NCBI GenBank assembly: GCA_044868145.1
Contig: JBIOWE010000006.1
Location: forward strand, 284,537 to 348,536
Direction: 5' to 3'
Source of the DNA: Patescibacteria group bacterium
GTDB taxonomy: Bacteria > Patescibacteriota > Patescibacteriia > UBA10025 > JBIOWE01
Length of the DNA stretch: 64,000 bases
Shown here: one piece after another, positions 48,898 through 57,436 of the stretch
Layout of the letters: every line of letters begins with the position of its first letter
Position numbering within the stretch: the stretch's first letter is position 1
The notes under the pieces: generated by a model
Told to the model about the DNA's origin: nothing
What the model saw: only the letters and a program-made list of their open reading frames with translations
Databases searched by the model: none
Program-made: the position numbers and the translations under genes

Positions 48898-48965
48898 GGA
48901 TACAGTGTATCATTTTGCGCGACGCTTTGACAAATGCACGTGGGACATGACTCCCAAATTCATCA

Positions 48966-48994
48966 TTGACAAAAAGATACGAGACTATTACTAT
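48966..48994 (+). promoter_or_regulatory. putative sigma70-type promoter of the 49026 gene
   Basis: TTGACA-17 nt-TACTAT, ~30 nt upstream of the RBS AAGGAGGAGG. Confidence 0.45.
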
Positions 48995-49025
48995 AAACAA
49001 AATAGAACCTTAAAAAGGAGGAGGC

Positions 49026-49409
49026 ATGTACGAACAATTCGAACGCATGGTATTTTTCGCCCTTGCTGCGATGTTTTTGTTGTTTGGAGGCATTTTTGCT
49101 TTCTGGCACGACAACCTGGCGAGCGTTACGTCAATAATGACGGGCATAAGCGTTTTGTTCTATTATGCGGCCATTCAAAGGCGACACCATGTTATTATCC
49201 GATTCTTCTTCTGTTGTGGATGGGCAGCCTTTCACGCTATCGCAATGATCTCGGCATTGTCCAAGACGCCAAACATCCGAGCAACAATATGGTTTACGCT
49301 CTTGGGATTGCTTATGCCTATAGCGGGTTTAATCTTTGGACATCGGCAATCTAAAAACATGGCAAATAGTATTTTGCCCCTCAAACAAAACCAAAAGCTG
49401 GATGAATAA
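49026..49409 (+). CDS. hypothetical membrane protein (4 TM helices, 127 aa)
   Basis: Strong RBS. Four hydrophobic helices. Terminator overlapping the stop. Confidence 0.5.
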   Translation: MYEQFERMVFFALAAMFLLFGGIFAFWHDNLASVTSIMTGISVLFYYAAIQRRHHVIIRFFFCCGWAAFHAIAMISALSKTPNIRATIWFTLLGLLMPIAGLIFGHRQSKNMANSILPLKQNQKLDE

Positions 49410-49428
49410 TATCTCCAGCTTTTTTATT
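49394..49428 (+). terminator. intrinsic terminator
   Basis: AGCTGGA..TCCAGCT stem followed by TTTTTTATTTT. Confidence 0.6.
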
Positions 49429-49491
49429 TTACTCCTTGACAAGACAACGAACGCGTGCTAGGCTAGACTATTCAAAACAAAAGGAGGAAAG

Positions 49492-49926
49492 TTGAAAAAA
49501 TATGTTCTTTACACATTAACTGTACTGATGTTTGTTCTGCTCATTGTTAGTGCCCTGAACTTACCGCACAAATATTCGGAGTACGAACACACATTAAGAA
49601 ACATACCCTTTTACTTTTGGGGTGACCAAGAAGGGGCATGGACATCGCTACAATACACTCGGGAAGAACTCCTTGTTCCTATTGGCGGCAACAAAGAAGT
49701 GCTGGTATGTATTTTTGAACGTTCTGGCAAAGGCAACGAATTGTTGTATGTGGTCATTCCGGGATATATCAGTGGATCTGGTCACAAAAAAGAGAGTAAC
49801 AACTTTGTTTCCAGAGTTCAGATCATCCACAGCTATCATAAAATCTTCATAGAGCCGCTGATTATCAGATATCTCAAAGCCCACCCACAGTACTATACCG
49901 AAGGTATGCCGATTAACTATTGGTAA
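49492..49926 (+). CDS. hypothetical secreted/membrane-anchored protein (144 aa)
   Basis: RBS AAGGAGGA. TTG start. N-terminal hydrophobic signal/anchor. Confidence 0.45.
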   Translation: MKKYVLYTLTVLMFVLLIVSALNLPHKYSEYEHTLRNIPFYFWGDQEGAWTSLQYTREELLVPIGGNKEVLVCIFERSGKGNELLYVVIPGYISGSGHKKESNNFVSRVQIIHSYHKIFIEPLIIRYLKAHPQYYTEGMPINYW

Positions 49927-49940
49927 TGCCGAGGTTCGAA

Positions 49941-49971
49941 AGCTGAGACGAAATATTCTCAGCTTTTTTTA
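49941..49971 (+). terminator. intrinsic terminator
   Basis: AGCTGAGA..TCTCAGCT stem followed by TTTTTTT. It abuts the recJ stop on the opposite strand. Confidence 0.65.
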
Positions 49972-51711
49972 TTCGTTTGATGCGTGCTTTAAGTCCTTCA
50001 CTTTGAGCTGCAGCTGTCGTTCGCTATTCCATTCGTTGACGGAAACTTCAAACACAATATCCACTTTGTCGCCGACGTTGAGCTTGTCGCCCCAGGAGTT
50101 CGCAAAACCGAAAGCGATAAGCTTATGCGGTTGCCCCGTCCCTTGCTCCACAAGTAATCGCAGATGCTTCCCATCGTTTCCAACGCGGTCTATGCTCGTT
50201 ACCGTCAAGCCCTCGGTTAAGAGGGTTGGTCGAGGATTTTTTTCACCAAATGGCTCAAGCTTTTCCAGCGTTTCCCAGATGTCCCAATGGATATCGGCGA
50301 GTTTGACCTGCGCGTCAATCATCATGCGAGGAACAAGGTCCTCCTTACCGAGCTGTTTATGCGCGTATTGTTCAAGACTCTCCTGAAAAACTGAAAGATT
50401 GCTTTTTGCCATGCTAAACCCGCATGCCTGGCTATGGCCTCCATATTTTTCAAAAAGCTTTTCGTGATGTACGAGCGCTTGCGTGATGTCGAACGCCGGA
50501 ATGCTGCGTCCTGACGCGACGATTGTTTTGTCTTTCAACGTCATAGCAAACGCGGGTCGATAATAATGGTTTGCCAGCTTGCCTGCAATCAATCCGAGTA
50601 ATCCGGCAGGCCAGTCTTTTTGAAACGCTGTAACCATTCGGATATCCGGGGGGAGCTCGCCGATTTGTTTTTTTGCCTGCTCAACGACCTTCTCCGTCAT
50701 TGTCTGGCGTTCCTGGTTCTTCTTATTGAGCTCCTGGCTGATTTGTTCAGCTGCCAATTCATCCTGAGTTTCTAAGAGCTCAAATGCCGTGTTCGCGTGG
50801 TCCATCCGGCCAGCAGCGTTCAAGCGCGGTGCAATCTGGAATCCGATGGAATAGGTGTCGATTCGCTCTGGCCGTATCCCGGCAAGGTCAATGAGTTTTT
50901 GCAAGCCCACTCTGCGGGTTTTCCGCAGGACAACAAGGCCATACTTCACGAGGGTGCGGTTTTCGCCGACGAGTCGCATCATGTCTGCAACAGTACTGAT
51001 AGCGACCAAGTCGAGCAGCCATTTTTCATATCCATCAAGTAAACGCTTCCCTTTGTCCTCCACGCATAACGCTTGCACAAGTTTATACGCCACACCGCCT
51101 GCTGCGAGATATTTAAACGGATATGTCTCACGCTTGAACTGCGGATTTAAAATCGCGTAAGCGGCAGGTTTCGTCGTTGGCTCTTCGTGATGGTCCGTTA
51201 CAATTACATCCATTCCCTTCTCATTCGCTAGCGCGATTTCAGGGGCGTTGCTTGTGCCACAGTCACAGGTGATAATCAATTTGGTTCCGCCTTTGGCGAT
51301 TGTCGTGACGGAATTCATATTCAGCCCGTACCCCTCGCGTTCGCGATGCGGCAAATACACCTCAACGGAATTGGCGCCAAGCTTTTTTAACGTTTCAACG
51401 AGCATCACTGATGCGCACACGCCGTCCGCGTCGTAATCCCCGTGCACCGTGATCTTCTCTTTTTTTTGAACGGCTTCGAAGATTCTCTTGACCGCTTTTT
51501 TCATGTCCACGAATAAAAAAGGGTCATGGATATCCTGACCGTAATCCGGATTCAAAAACTCGTCAATGGCTTTTTGATCGCGTATGTTGCGATTGAACAG
51601 CAACTGGAGAATAATCGGATCTATTTCTGGGAATTGCGCTTGAAATGCCGCTGGAACTTTCTTTGCAACAAGCCATTTACGAGTCATAGTTGGATGTATT
51701 GTATCATACAT
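49969..51711 (-). CDS. recJ: single-stranded-DNA-specific exonuclease RecJ
   Basis: DHH family motifs (VHGDYDADGVCAS, IVTDHHE), DHHA1 region and a C-terminal OB-fold. The start is set at the internal MYDTIHPT, because the longest ORF start overlaps the structured element at 51721. Confidence 0.85.
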   Translation of the reverse strand: MYDTIHPTMTRKWLVAKKVPAAFQAQFPEIDPIILQLLFNRNIRDQKAIDEFLNPDYGQDIHDPFLFVDMKKAVKRIFEAVQKKEKITVHGDYDADGVCASVMLVETLKKLGANSVEVYLPHREREGYGLNMNSVTTIAKGGTKLIITCDCGTSNAPEIALANEKGMDVIVTDHHEEPTTKPAAYAILNPQFKRETYPFKYLAAGGVAYKLVQALCVEDKGKRLLDGYEKWLLDLVAISTVADMMRLVGENRTLVKYGLVVLRKTRRVGLQKLIDLAGIRPERIDTYSIGFQIAPRLNAAGRMDHANTAFELLETQDELAAEQISQELNKKNQERQTMTEKVVEQAKKQIGELPPDIRMVTAFQKDWPAGLLGLIAGKLANHYYRPAFAMTLKDKTIVASGRSIPAFDITQALVHHEKLFEKYGGHSQACGFSMAKSNLSVFQESLEQYAHKQLGKEDLVPRMMIDAQVKLADIHWDIWETLEKLEPFGEKNPRPTLLTEGLTVTSIDRVGNDGKHLRLLVEQGTGQPHKLIAFGFANSWGDKLNVGDKVDIVFEVSVNEWNSERQLQLKVKDLKHASNE

Positions 51712-51720
51712 CTCACCACA

Positions 51721-51787
51721 TTGGGTAGGCGCCAATCCTCAGATTGGCGGCCCACATCGGCCGGATCTGAGGATCCGGCCTACCCAA
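51721..51787. repeat. dual-hairpin structured element, copy B (outer stem TTGGGTAGG/CCTACCCAA; hairpin 1 CGCCAAT-CCTCAG-ATTGGCG; hairpin 2 GCCGGATC-TGAG-GATCCGGC)
   Basis: Read directly. It is a paralog of copy A at 39545..39621. Confidence 0.6.
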
Positions 51788-51832
51788 GGGATGATAAGCA
51801 AGGAGTCGCCTCCATGCCAGCTTTCTTTATTA

Positions 51833-51925
51833 TGGGTAGTCTCGGGTCCCCCGCCCGCTTCGCGTTGCGAAGCAAGGCGGGCGGGCTTGACCCGAGGCGA
51901 GGTCAAGGGACCTCGCCTACCCGCT
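51833..51925. repeat. GC-rich nested palindromic element (GGGTAG..CTACCC outer; CTCGGGTC..GACCCGAG; CCCGCCCGC..GCGGGCGGG; GGCGAGGT..ACCTCGCC)
   Basis: Read directly. GC content is far above the local average. It shares the CCCGCCCG/CGGGCGGG stem with the element at 57296..57346. Confidence 0.5.
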
Positions 51926-51928
51926 GGA

Positions 51929-51957
51929 TTGACAGCAAGCGATGCACCATGTACTGT
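51929..51957 (+). promoter_or_regulatory. putative sigma70-type promoter of the 51987 gene
   Basis: TTGACA-17 nt-TACTGT, upstream of the RBS AAGGAGGTG. Confidence 0.35.
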
Positions 51958-51986
51958 AGGTACTATCAAAACAAAAAGGAGGTGCC

Positions 51987-52265
51987 ATGAGACCTGTTCG
52001 CTTTGACCTTTTAATTCACGTAGAGCGGAAGGAGGAGCTTCAAAAAGTAGTTGAATTTCCGGCATTCGGCTATACAGTATCCATTGTAAGAGGAAATGAC
52101 GAGGCTTTCCTGGATCAAGAAAAAAGAACCATTCAAATTGGCATTACGGAAAAAACGGTAAATGAGCTGCCAGGTGTTTTAAAAGTACAATTTCATAATC
52201 TATCTGATGGTTCTCTAAAATCGGGGGTTTACGTGCCAAGGGGTGGTAATGAATCAGGAACGTAA
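51987..52265 (+). CDS. hypothetical small protein (92 aa), possibly with a P-II/GlnB-like ferredoxin fold
   Basis: Strong RBS, and a terminator immediately downstream. The alternating hydrophobic pattern is weakly reminiscent of the P-II fold, but this is not secure. Confidence 0.45.
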   Translation: MRPVRFDLLIHVERKEELQKVVEFPAFGYTVSIVRGNDEAFLDQEKRTIQIGITEKTVNELPGVLKVQFHNLSDGSLKSGVYVPRGGNESGT

Positions 52266-52271
52266 TACCAT

Positions 52272-52305
52272 AAACGCTGGCACACCCTACCAGCGTTTTT
52301 TTATT
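52272..52305 (+). terminator. intrinsic terminator
   Basis: AACGCTGG..CCAGCGTT stem followed by TTTTTTTTATTT. Confidence 0.7.
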
Positions 52306-52411
52306 TATGCCCATTAACCGAGCGCAGGCCGCTGTGCCTGCGATCGGTTCACTTCAATTGATTGCACGTCGCACCCACAGCGGGGTGCTCTGGGCTTTTC
52401 GTACACTTACC

Positions 52412-53281
52412 TTACATAAGACCACTCATCAACGGGCCGATATCTCTTTTCGTGGCATCCTGTTTCACAAGCGGCTGCTCTATGATTTGCGGCAGCTCAT
52501 CTTCATAGCTCAATCTGTCTTCCCGTTTGTAAAAAATCCCGATCGGCATTTTGTCTGGCCCTTCTTGAGACTTTTCCCACGCTTTGTTTTTGTCCGTCGG
52601 TTTGTAGCTTTCCTTTTCAAGCTCGTACACGCGGCGATAGAACCACTGGAAAGTGTTCAGTTTGTTGAACGTCACGCATGGCTGCAAAACGTCAATGAGC
52701 GAGAAACCGCGGTGTCGCATCGCCTGCACCATCAGGTTCGTCAAATGCTTGGTGTTTCCGGCAAACCCACGAGCGATAAACGACGCGCCTGCACCGAGCG
52801 CAAGCGCGATCGGGTTTACGGGCTCCTCGATCACTCCCATCGGCGTTGACTTTGCTTTCACGCCTTTCATAGCAGTCGGCGAGTTTTGGCCAGTGGTCAA
52901 GCCGTACACTTGGTTATCATGCACGATAAGCGTGATGTCATGATTGCCCCGAATCGCATTCAAGAAGTGGTTCATACCTTCGCCATAGGTATCCCCATCG
53001 CCGGCAATGACCACGACGGGCAATTTGTGGTTCGCCATTTTCGCGCCTTCGGCAACCGGCAAAGGCCTACCGTGCAAACCATGGAATCCATACGCTTTCA
53101 CGAAACTCGCCATGTTGCCGGAACAACCAACGCCAAACACAATGAGCATCTGGTCAGGCGAAATGCTGAGCTCTACAAGCGCGTTCTTGAGAGCCGTCCA
53201 AATCCCAAAATCACCGCAACCCGGGCACCAGGTCGGGAATTGCGATGTTTCATAATCCTTGACGTTCAAAGGCGCGCTCAT
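52412..53281 (-). CDS. korB: 2-oxoacid:ferredoxin oxidoreductase beta subunit (TPP-binding; PFOR/KOR family)
   Basis: WCPGCGDFG motif. TPP-binding GDGD (VVIAGDGDTYGEGMNH). 289 aa. Confidence 0.85.
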   Translation of the reverse strand: MSAPLNVKDYETSQFPTWCPGCGDFGIWTALKNALVELSISPDQMLIVFGVGCSGNMASFVKAYGFHGLHGRPLPVAEGAKMANHKLPVVVIAGDGDTYGEGMNHFLNAIRGNHDITLIVHDNQVYGLTTGQNSPTAMKGVKAKSTPMGVIEEPVNPIALALGAGASFIARGFAGNTKHLTNLMVQAMRHRGFSLIDVLQPCVTFNKLNTFQWFYRRVYELEKESYKPTDKNKAWEKSQEGPDKMPIGIFYKREDRLSYEDELPQIIEQPLVKQDATKRDIGPLMSGLM

Positions 53282-55020
53282 AGAAGTTTTTTTGTTTTAC
53301 GAGCTAATTCTTCGGCATAGAACGGACGGCCGTCCGTTTTTAATATACGTTTTTCAACCAAAACACCGGTGTGCTCACGAATCAGTCCACCAAGCTGGCC
53401 AGTGCCGTTGTTCTCCACGAGAATTGGATTCTTGACTCTTTTCAATAGTTGCTCAACTGCTTTCGCAGGAAAAGGATGTAAAAAGATTGGACGCAAATGG
53501 TTGATGGTCATACCTTCCTTGCGCAATAAAGAAGCTGCTTCCATAATCGGTCCTTTGGTCGAACCCCAGCTTACGAACGTAACGTCTGCTTTTGCGTCAC
53601 CAAGCAATTTTGGCTGAGGTAATTCCTTCGCAATTTTCTCCAGCTTCCGCATTCGCTTGCCTTGTTGTTCATTCCGATTTGCTATTTCTTCATTCGCTAA
53701 GCCATACGGGTCATGCTCATCGCTATTCGCAACAAACACGCCATGCTTCATGCCAGGCAACGTTCGCGGTGACACGCCAGTTGGGGTTGGCGCATAGCGC
53801 AAATACTGTTTCGCTTCCGATAGCTCACCCTCGCGAACGATCGCGCCCCGATCAATGGTAATCTTCGACGGATCGAATGGCTCAAGCGTTGTGTTGCTTT
53901 CTTGCAAATACTTGTCCGTCAGCACAAACACAGGAATTTGATATTTGTCAGCTAGGTTGAACGCGTCAGCCATAAGATAGAAACATTCCGTAACATCGCC
54001 TGGCGCGAATACCACGCGTGGAAATTCTCCCTGCGCTGCGTGGATAACAAATCGCAAGTCGCCTTGTTCGGTCCACGTCGGCAACCCAGTCGCCGGGCCG
54101 GGGCGCATCGCTTCGACAATGACAAGGGGCGTCTCGGTTATACCTGCTAAGCCAACAGCTTCCACCATCAGTGAAAAACCGCCGCCGGACGTGGCAATCA
54201 TCGAGCGCACTCCCATAAATGAAGCGCCGATCGCCATGTTGATTACCGATATTTCGTCTTCCGCATGTTTCACGATCGCGTTATACTTTGGCGCTTCTTT
54301 TGCCACGTAGTGCAGAAGCGGCGAGGATGGCGTCATCGGGTAGCCAGCGTAAAACTGCATGCCAGCCGCAAGCGCGCCCATGCCCATGGCTTCTGTGCCG
54401 GAAAGGACCATGCGTTTTGGTGCGCCCTTCACTGGCGTGAGTCTCCAGCCAAAGGGTTTTTTCCAATGTTGTTGAACATAATCATAGCCGGCCCGGGCGG
54501 TTTTGATATTGGTTTCGTACACGTCTTTACCTTTTCGCTCGAATTCGCTCTTGATAACGCTCTCGATATACTCGAACGGATAGCCAACGAGTGCGAATGA
54601 TGCGCCGAGCGCGACCGTGTTTTGCATGAGCTTTTGTCCGCCTACTTGAACTGCGAGCTCGATAAACGGAACGTGAACCAGCTCAGCGTCTTTGCGGACT
54701 TTTTGCGACGGGTCATTTTTAATAACCGCAGGGTCGTACATAACCGCCGCACCTTGCGTTAACTCGTCAGCGTGGCGATCGATTGTTTCCTGATTCAAGG
54801 CAACGAGCAAATCCGTTGGCTCGCCTTGGACGTGGACCGGCTTGTCGGAGACTGTCACTTCGTACGCGTTGTGACCCCCGCGAATGAGCGATGGATATTC
54901 CGTGTAATCAAAAATCTGCAATCCTCCGCGACTGCAGATTTTCGCGAACATCATTCCAATAACCTTAATGCCATACCCCGCCTCCCCGCCGATTTTCCAA
55001 TTAAAATGGTTGACTCTCAT
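53278..55020 (-). CDS. korA: 2-oxoacid:ferredoxin oxidoreductase alpha subunit with a fused N-terminal gamma domain
   Basis: Gamma-like N-terminus (GGEAGYGIKVIG..IRGGHNAYEV), then the alpha-subunit core. 580 aa. 4-nt overlap with korB. Confidence 0.85.
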   Translation of the reverse strand: MRVNHFNWKIGGEAGYGIKVIGMMFAKICSRGGLQIFDYTEYPSLIRGGHNAYEVTVSDKPVHVQGEPTDLLVALNQETIDRHADELTQGAAVMYDPAVIKNDPSQKVRKDAELVHVPFIELAVQVGGQKLMQNTVALGASFALVGYPFEYIESVIKSEFERKGKDVYETNIKTARAGYDYVQQHWKKPFGWRLTPVKGAPKRMVLSGTEAMGMGALAAGMQFYAGYPMTPSSPLLHYVAKEAPKYNAIVKHAEDEISVINMAIGASFMGVRSMIATSGGGFSLMVEAVGLAGITETPLVIVEAMRPGPATGLPTWTEQGDLRFVIHAAQGEFPRVVFAPGDVTECFYLMADAFNLADKYQIPVFVLTDKYLQESNTTLEPFDPSKITIDRGAIVREGELSEAKQYLRYAPTPTGVSPRTLPGMKHGVFVANSDEHDPYGLANEEIANRNEQQGKRMRKLEKIAKELPQPKLLGDAKADVTFVSWGSTKGPIMEAASLLRKEGMTINHLRPIFLHPFPAKAVEQLLKRVKNPILVENNGTGQLGGLIREHTGVLVEKRILKTDGRPFYAEELARKTKKLL

Positions 55021-55024
55021 GTTT

Positions 55025-55327
55025 TTATGAAATAGATGCGAGATACGATTGAATGCGCTCTGCTTCTGCCTCTACTATCTCGCCGTCGTATTGGCCGGAA
55101 TGCGCGTGGCTTCCCGGATAGGACGGCTGCTTTTCATCAAGATGCACGCTAAACTCCGTGCCGTCGTTCCGTAATTTAAGATACACGTGAAAGCGCGGGT
55201 AGTTCCCTGTTCCAAGGCGCCTGCTGTAGCTCACTTGGCTTTCTCGATTCGCGAACTGATGATAGCCCAACCGAATCATGAGCACCTTGGGGTTCAGCTT
55301 CAACCTACCAGCCACGAAAAATGTCAT
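55025..55327 (-). CDS. hypothetical protein (100 aa) between acs and korA
   Basis: Tightly packed within the operon (gaps of 4-6 nt). No recognized domain. Confidence 0.4.
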   Translation of the reverse strand: MTFFVAGRLKLNPKVLMIRLGYHQFANRESQVSYSRRLGTGNYPRFHVYLKLRNDGTEFSVHLDEKQPSYPGSHAHSGQYDGEIVEAEAERIQSYLASIS

Positions 55328-55333
55328 CCTGCG

Positions 55334-57265
55334 TTAATCCTCGAGTGAACTGACGTCGCCAAGCGGCTGGCCAAGCTCCTGTGCTTTAAGAACGCGCCGC
55401 ATAATCTTGCCACTCCTGGTCTTTGGCAGTTTGTCCACGAACGCGATTTCTTCAACAATGGCGAGAGGGCCCATGGTATGACGTACGTGTTTTTTTAATT
55501 CGTCCTTGAGCATGTCAGACGGTTCAAATCCTTTTTTTAATATGAGGAACGCTTTTGCAACAGTTCCTTTCACCGGATGGGGTTTGCCGATAACGCCAGC
55601 CTCCGCAACAGCGTGATGCGAAACGAACGCGCTCTCGATCTCCGCGCTGCCGATCCGGTGGCCAGAAATGTTCATGACATCATCTGACCTACCTTGGATC
55701 CAAAAATAGCCGTCTTTGTCCTTGGTCGCGATGTCACCGCTCAAATACACGCCTGGAATCTTTTCCCAGTACGTTTCAAGATATCGTTTTGGATTTTTGT
55801 ACACGGTTTTCAACATCGCGGGCCATGGATTACGAATAACGAGATGACCACCTTTTCCCACTGGCACTGGTTTGCCATCTTTGTCCACGACATCCGCTTG
55901 AATACCGGGGAAAGGTTTGGTCGCGGAACCGGGCTTCAATGGCAACACAGGTAGAGGCGCAATCATAAACATGCCCGCTTCCGTTTGCCACCACGTATCC
56001 ATAATAGGGCATCGTTCGCGTCCAACAACTTTATAGAACCACCGCCACGCCTCCGGATTTATCGGCTCACCGACGGATCCCAGCAAACGAAGACTTTTCA
56101 TGTTGTGCTTCTTTGGCCATTCGTCGCCATATTTCATCATCATGCGCACAAGAGTCGGCGCCGTGTAGAGAATTGTCACGTTATGTTCTTCCACCATTGA
56201 CCAAATTCTATCGGGTTGAGGATAGTCCGGAACGCCAGCATATAAAATCGTTGTTGCCCCAAGCATTAATGGCCCATAGACTGCGTAGCTATGGCCGGTG
56301 ATCCAGCCCGGATCAGCCGTACACCAGTAAACGTCGACGTCCTGAACGTCCAGCACCCACTGAAGCGTTCGACTGACGCCCACCATGTAGCCACCATGCG
56401 CGTGAACAATGCCTTTCGGTTTCGCCGTTGTCCCAGACGTATAAAGAATGAAAAGCGTGTCCTCCGCGTCCATTACCTCAGTTTCAACCTGTTCACTGCT
56501 CATTTTCATGACGTCTTCCATCCAGACGTCCTTGCCTTTTTGAAACGCGACGTCAATACCCGCATATTTGCACACAACCACATGTTCAACCGAGGGGCAT
56601 CCTTCAGCAACTGCTTTGTCGACCGTGTCTTTCAGGGCAATCGGTTTACCTCGACGCGTCGCGCCGTCCGCCGTAATAACTACTTTTGACTCTGCATCTT
56701 GAATACGATCTCTCAATGCGAGATATGAAAAACCCGCGTAGACAAGCGAGTGGATGGCGCCGAGCTTCGCACAGGCCAGCATGGCCATGGCGACTTCCGG
56801 AATGTTCGGCATATAAATACTGACACGGTCACCGCGCTTCACGCCTAACGCACGCAGACCGGCAGCCAATTGATTGACATGGTCAGCGAGCTCACGATAC
56901 GTAAAGGTTCTGGTATCACCGTTTTCCGCCACGCCAATAATCGCCGCTTTGTCCCGCGTCGACGTCTTTTGATGGCGATCAAGAGCGTTCTGTACGATAT
57001 TGCACTTGCCGCCTTTAAACCAGCTATAAAATGGGGCCTTGCTCGCATCAAGGACTGTTACCCAGGGCTTAAACCATTCAAGCTCCTTCGCGGCCTCAGC
57101 CCAAAATCCCTGCGGATCGCTTGCCGCATGAGCCGCGACTTTCTCGTAATTCTTTACGTTCGCGACCTTCAGTACTTCTTTCGACGGTTTATACCATTCC
57201 GATTCTTTCATCAGGACTTCCGTCACATCCCCTTCTTCTGTGTTTTTCTTTTTTTCTTCTGGCAT
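55334..57265 (-). CDS. acs: acetyl-CoA synthetase (AMP-forming)
   Basis: AMP-binding signature YTSGTTAKPKG. 643 aa. Full-length Acs architecture including the C-terminal lysine region (SGKIMRR). Confidence 0.9.
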   Translation of the reverse strand: MPEEKKKNTEEGDVTEVLMKESEWYKPSKEVLKVANVKNYEKVAAHAASDPQGFWAEAAKELEWFKPWVTVLDASKAPFYSWFKGGKCNIVQNALDRHQKTSTRDKAAIIGVAENGDTRTFTYRELADHVNQLAAGLRALGVKRGDRVSIYMPNIPEVAMAMLACAKLGAIHSLVYAGFSYLALRDRIQDAESKVVITADGATRRGKPIALKDTVDKAVAEGCPSVEHVVVCKYAGIDVAFQKGKDVWMEDVMKMSSEQVETEVMDAEDTLFILYTSGTTAKPKGIVHAHGGYMVGVSRTLQWVLDVQDVDVYWCTADPGWITGHSYAVYGPLMLGATTILYAGVPDYPQPDRIWSMVEEHNVTILYTAPTLVRMMMKYGDEWPKKHNMKSLRLLGSVGEPINPEAWRWFYKVVGRERCPIMDTWWQTEAGMFMIAPLPVLPLKPGSATKPFPGIQADVVDKDGKPVPVGKGGHLVIRNPWPAMLKTVYKNPKRYLETYWEKIPGVYLSGDIATKDKDGYFWIQGRSDDVMNISGHRIGSAEIESAFVSHHAVAEAGVIGKPHPVKGTVAKAFLILKKGFEPSDMLKDELKKHVRHTMGPLAIVEEIAFVDKLPKTRSGKIMRRVLKAQELGQPLGDVSSLED

Positions 57266-57295
57266 ATTATATAGTAAATTTCTAATTTCTAAACC

Positions 57296-57346
57296 CCCGC
57301 CCGACTCGCTGCAGACGCAGCTCTTGTCAAAGCGGGCGGGCTAATT
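57296..57346. repeat. GC-rich palindromic element CCCGCCCG-N29-CGGGCGGGC in the gpmI-acs intergenic region
   Basis: Read directly. It shares the stem sequence with the element at 51849..51884. Confidence 0.5.
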
Positions 57347-57436
57347 TCTAAAAATTGGTTATTGGTAATTGGGATTTGATTAGACATTAGGTCAATTAGT
57401 AATGAGAAATTAATCACCAATAGTATATCACAGGAT

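Noticed and set aside
49931-49945. tRNA T-loop-like GGTTCGAA sequence
   Set aside because: No acceptor/anticodon-stem context. It lies in the 3-prime UTR next to a terminator hairpin
51526-51990. 154-aa plus-strand ORF spanning the recJ upstream region
   Set aside because: It runs through the dual-hairpin element and the GC-rich palindromes, and its amino-acid composition is driven by those repeats. It also overlaps the recJ start
52307-52849. 180-aa plus-strand ORF
   Set aside because: It is antisense to the well-supported korB gene
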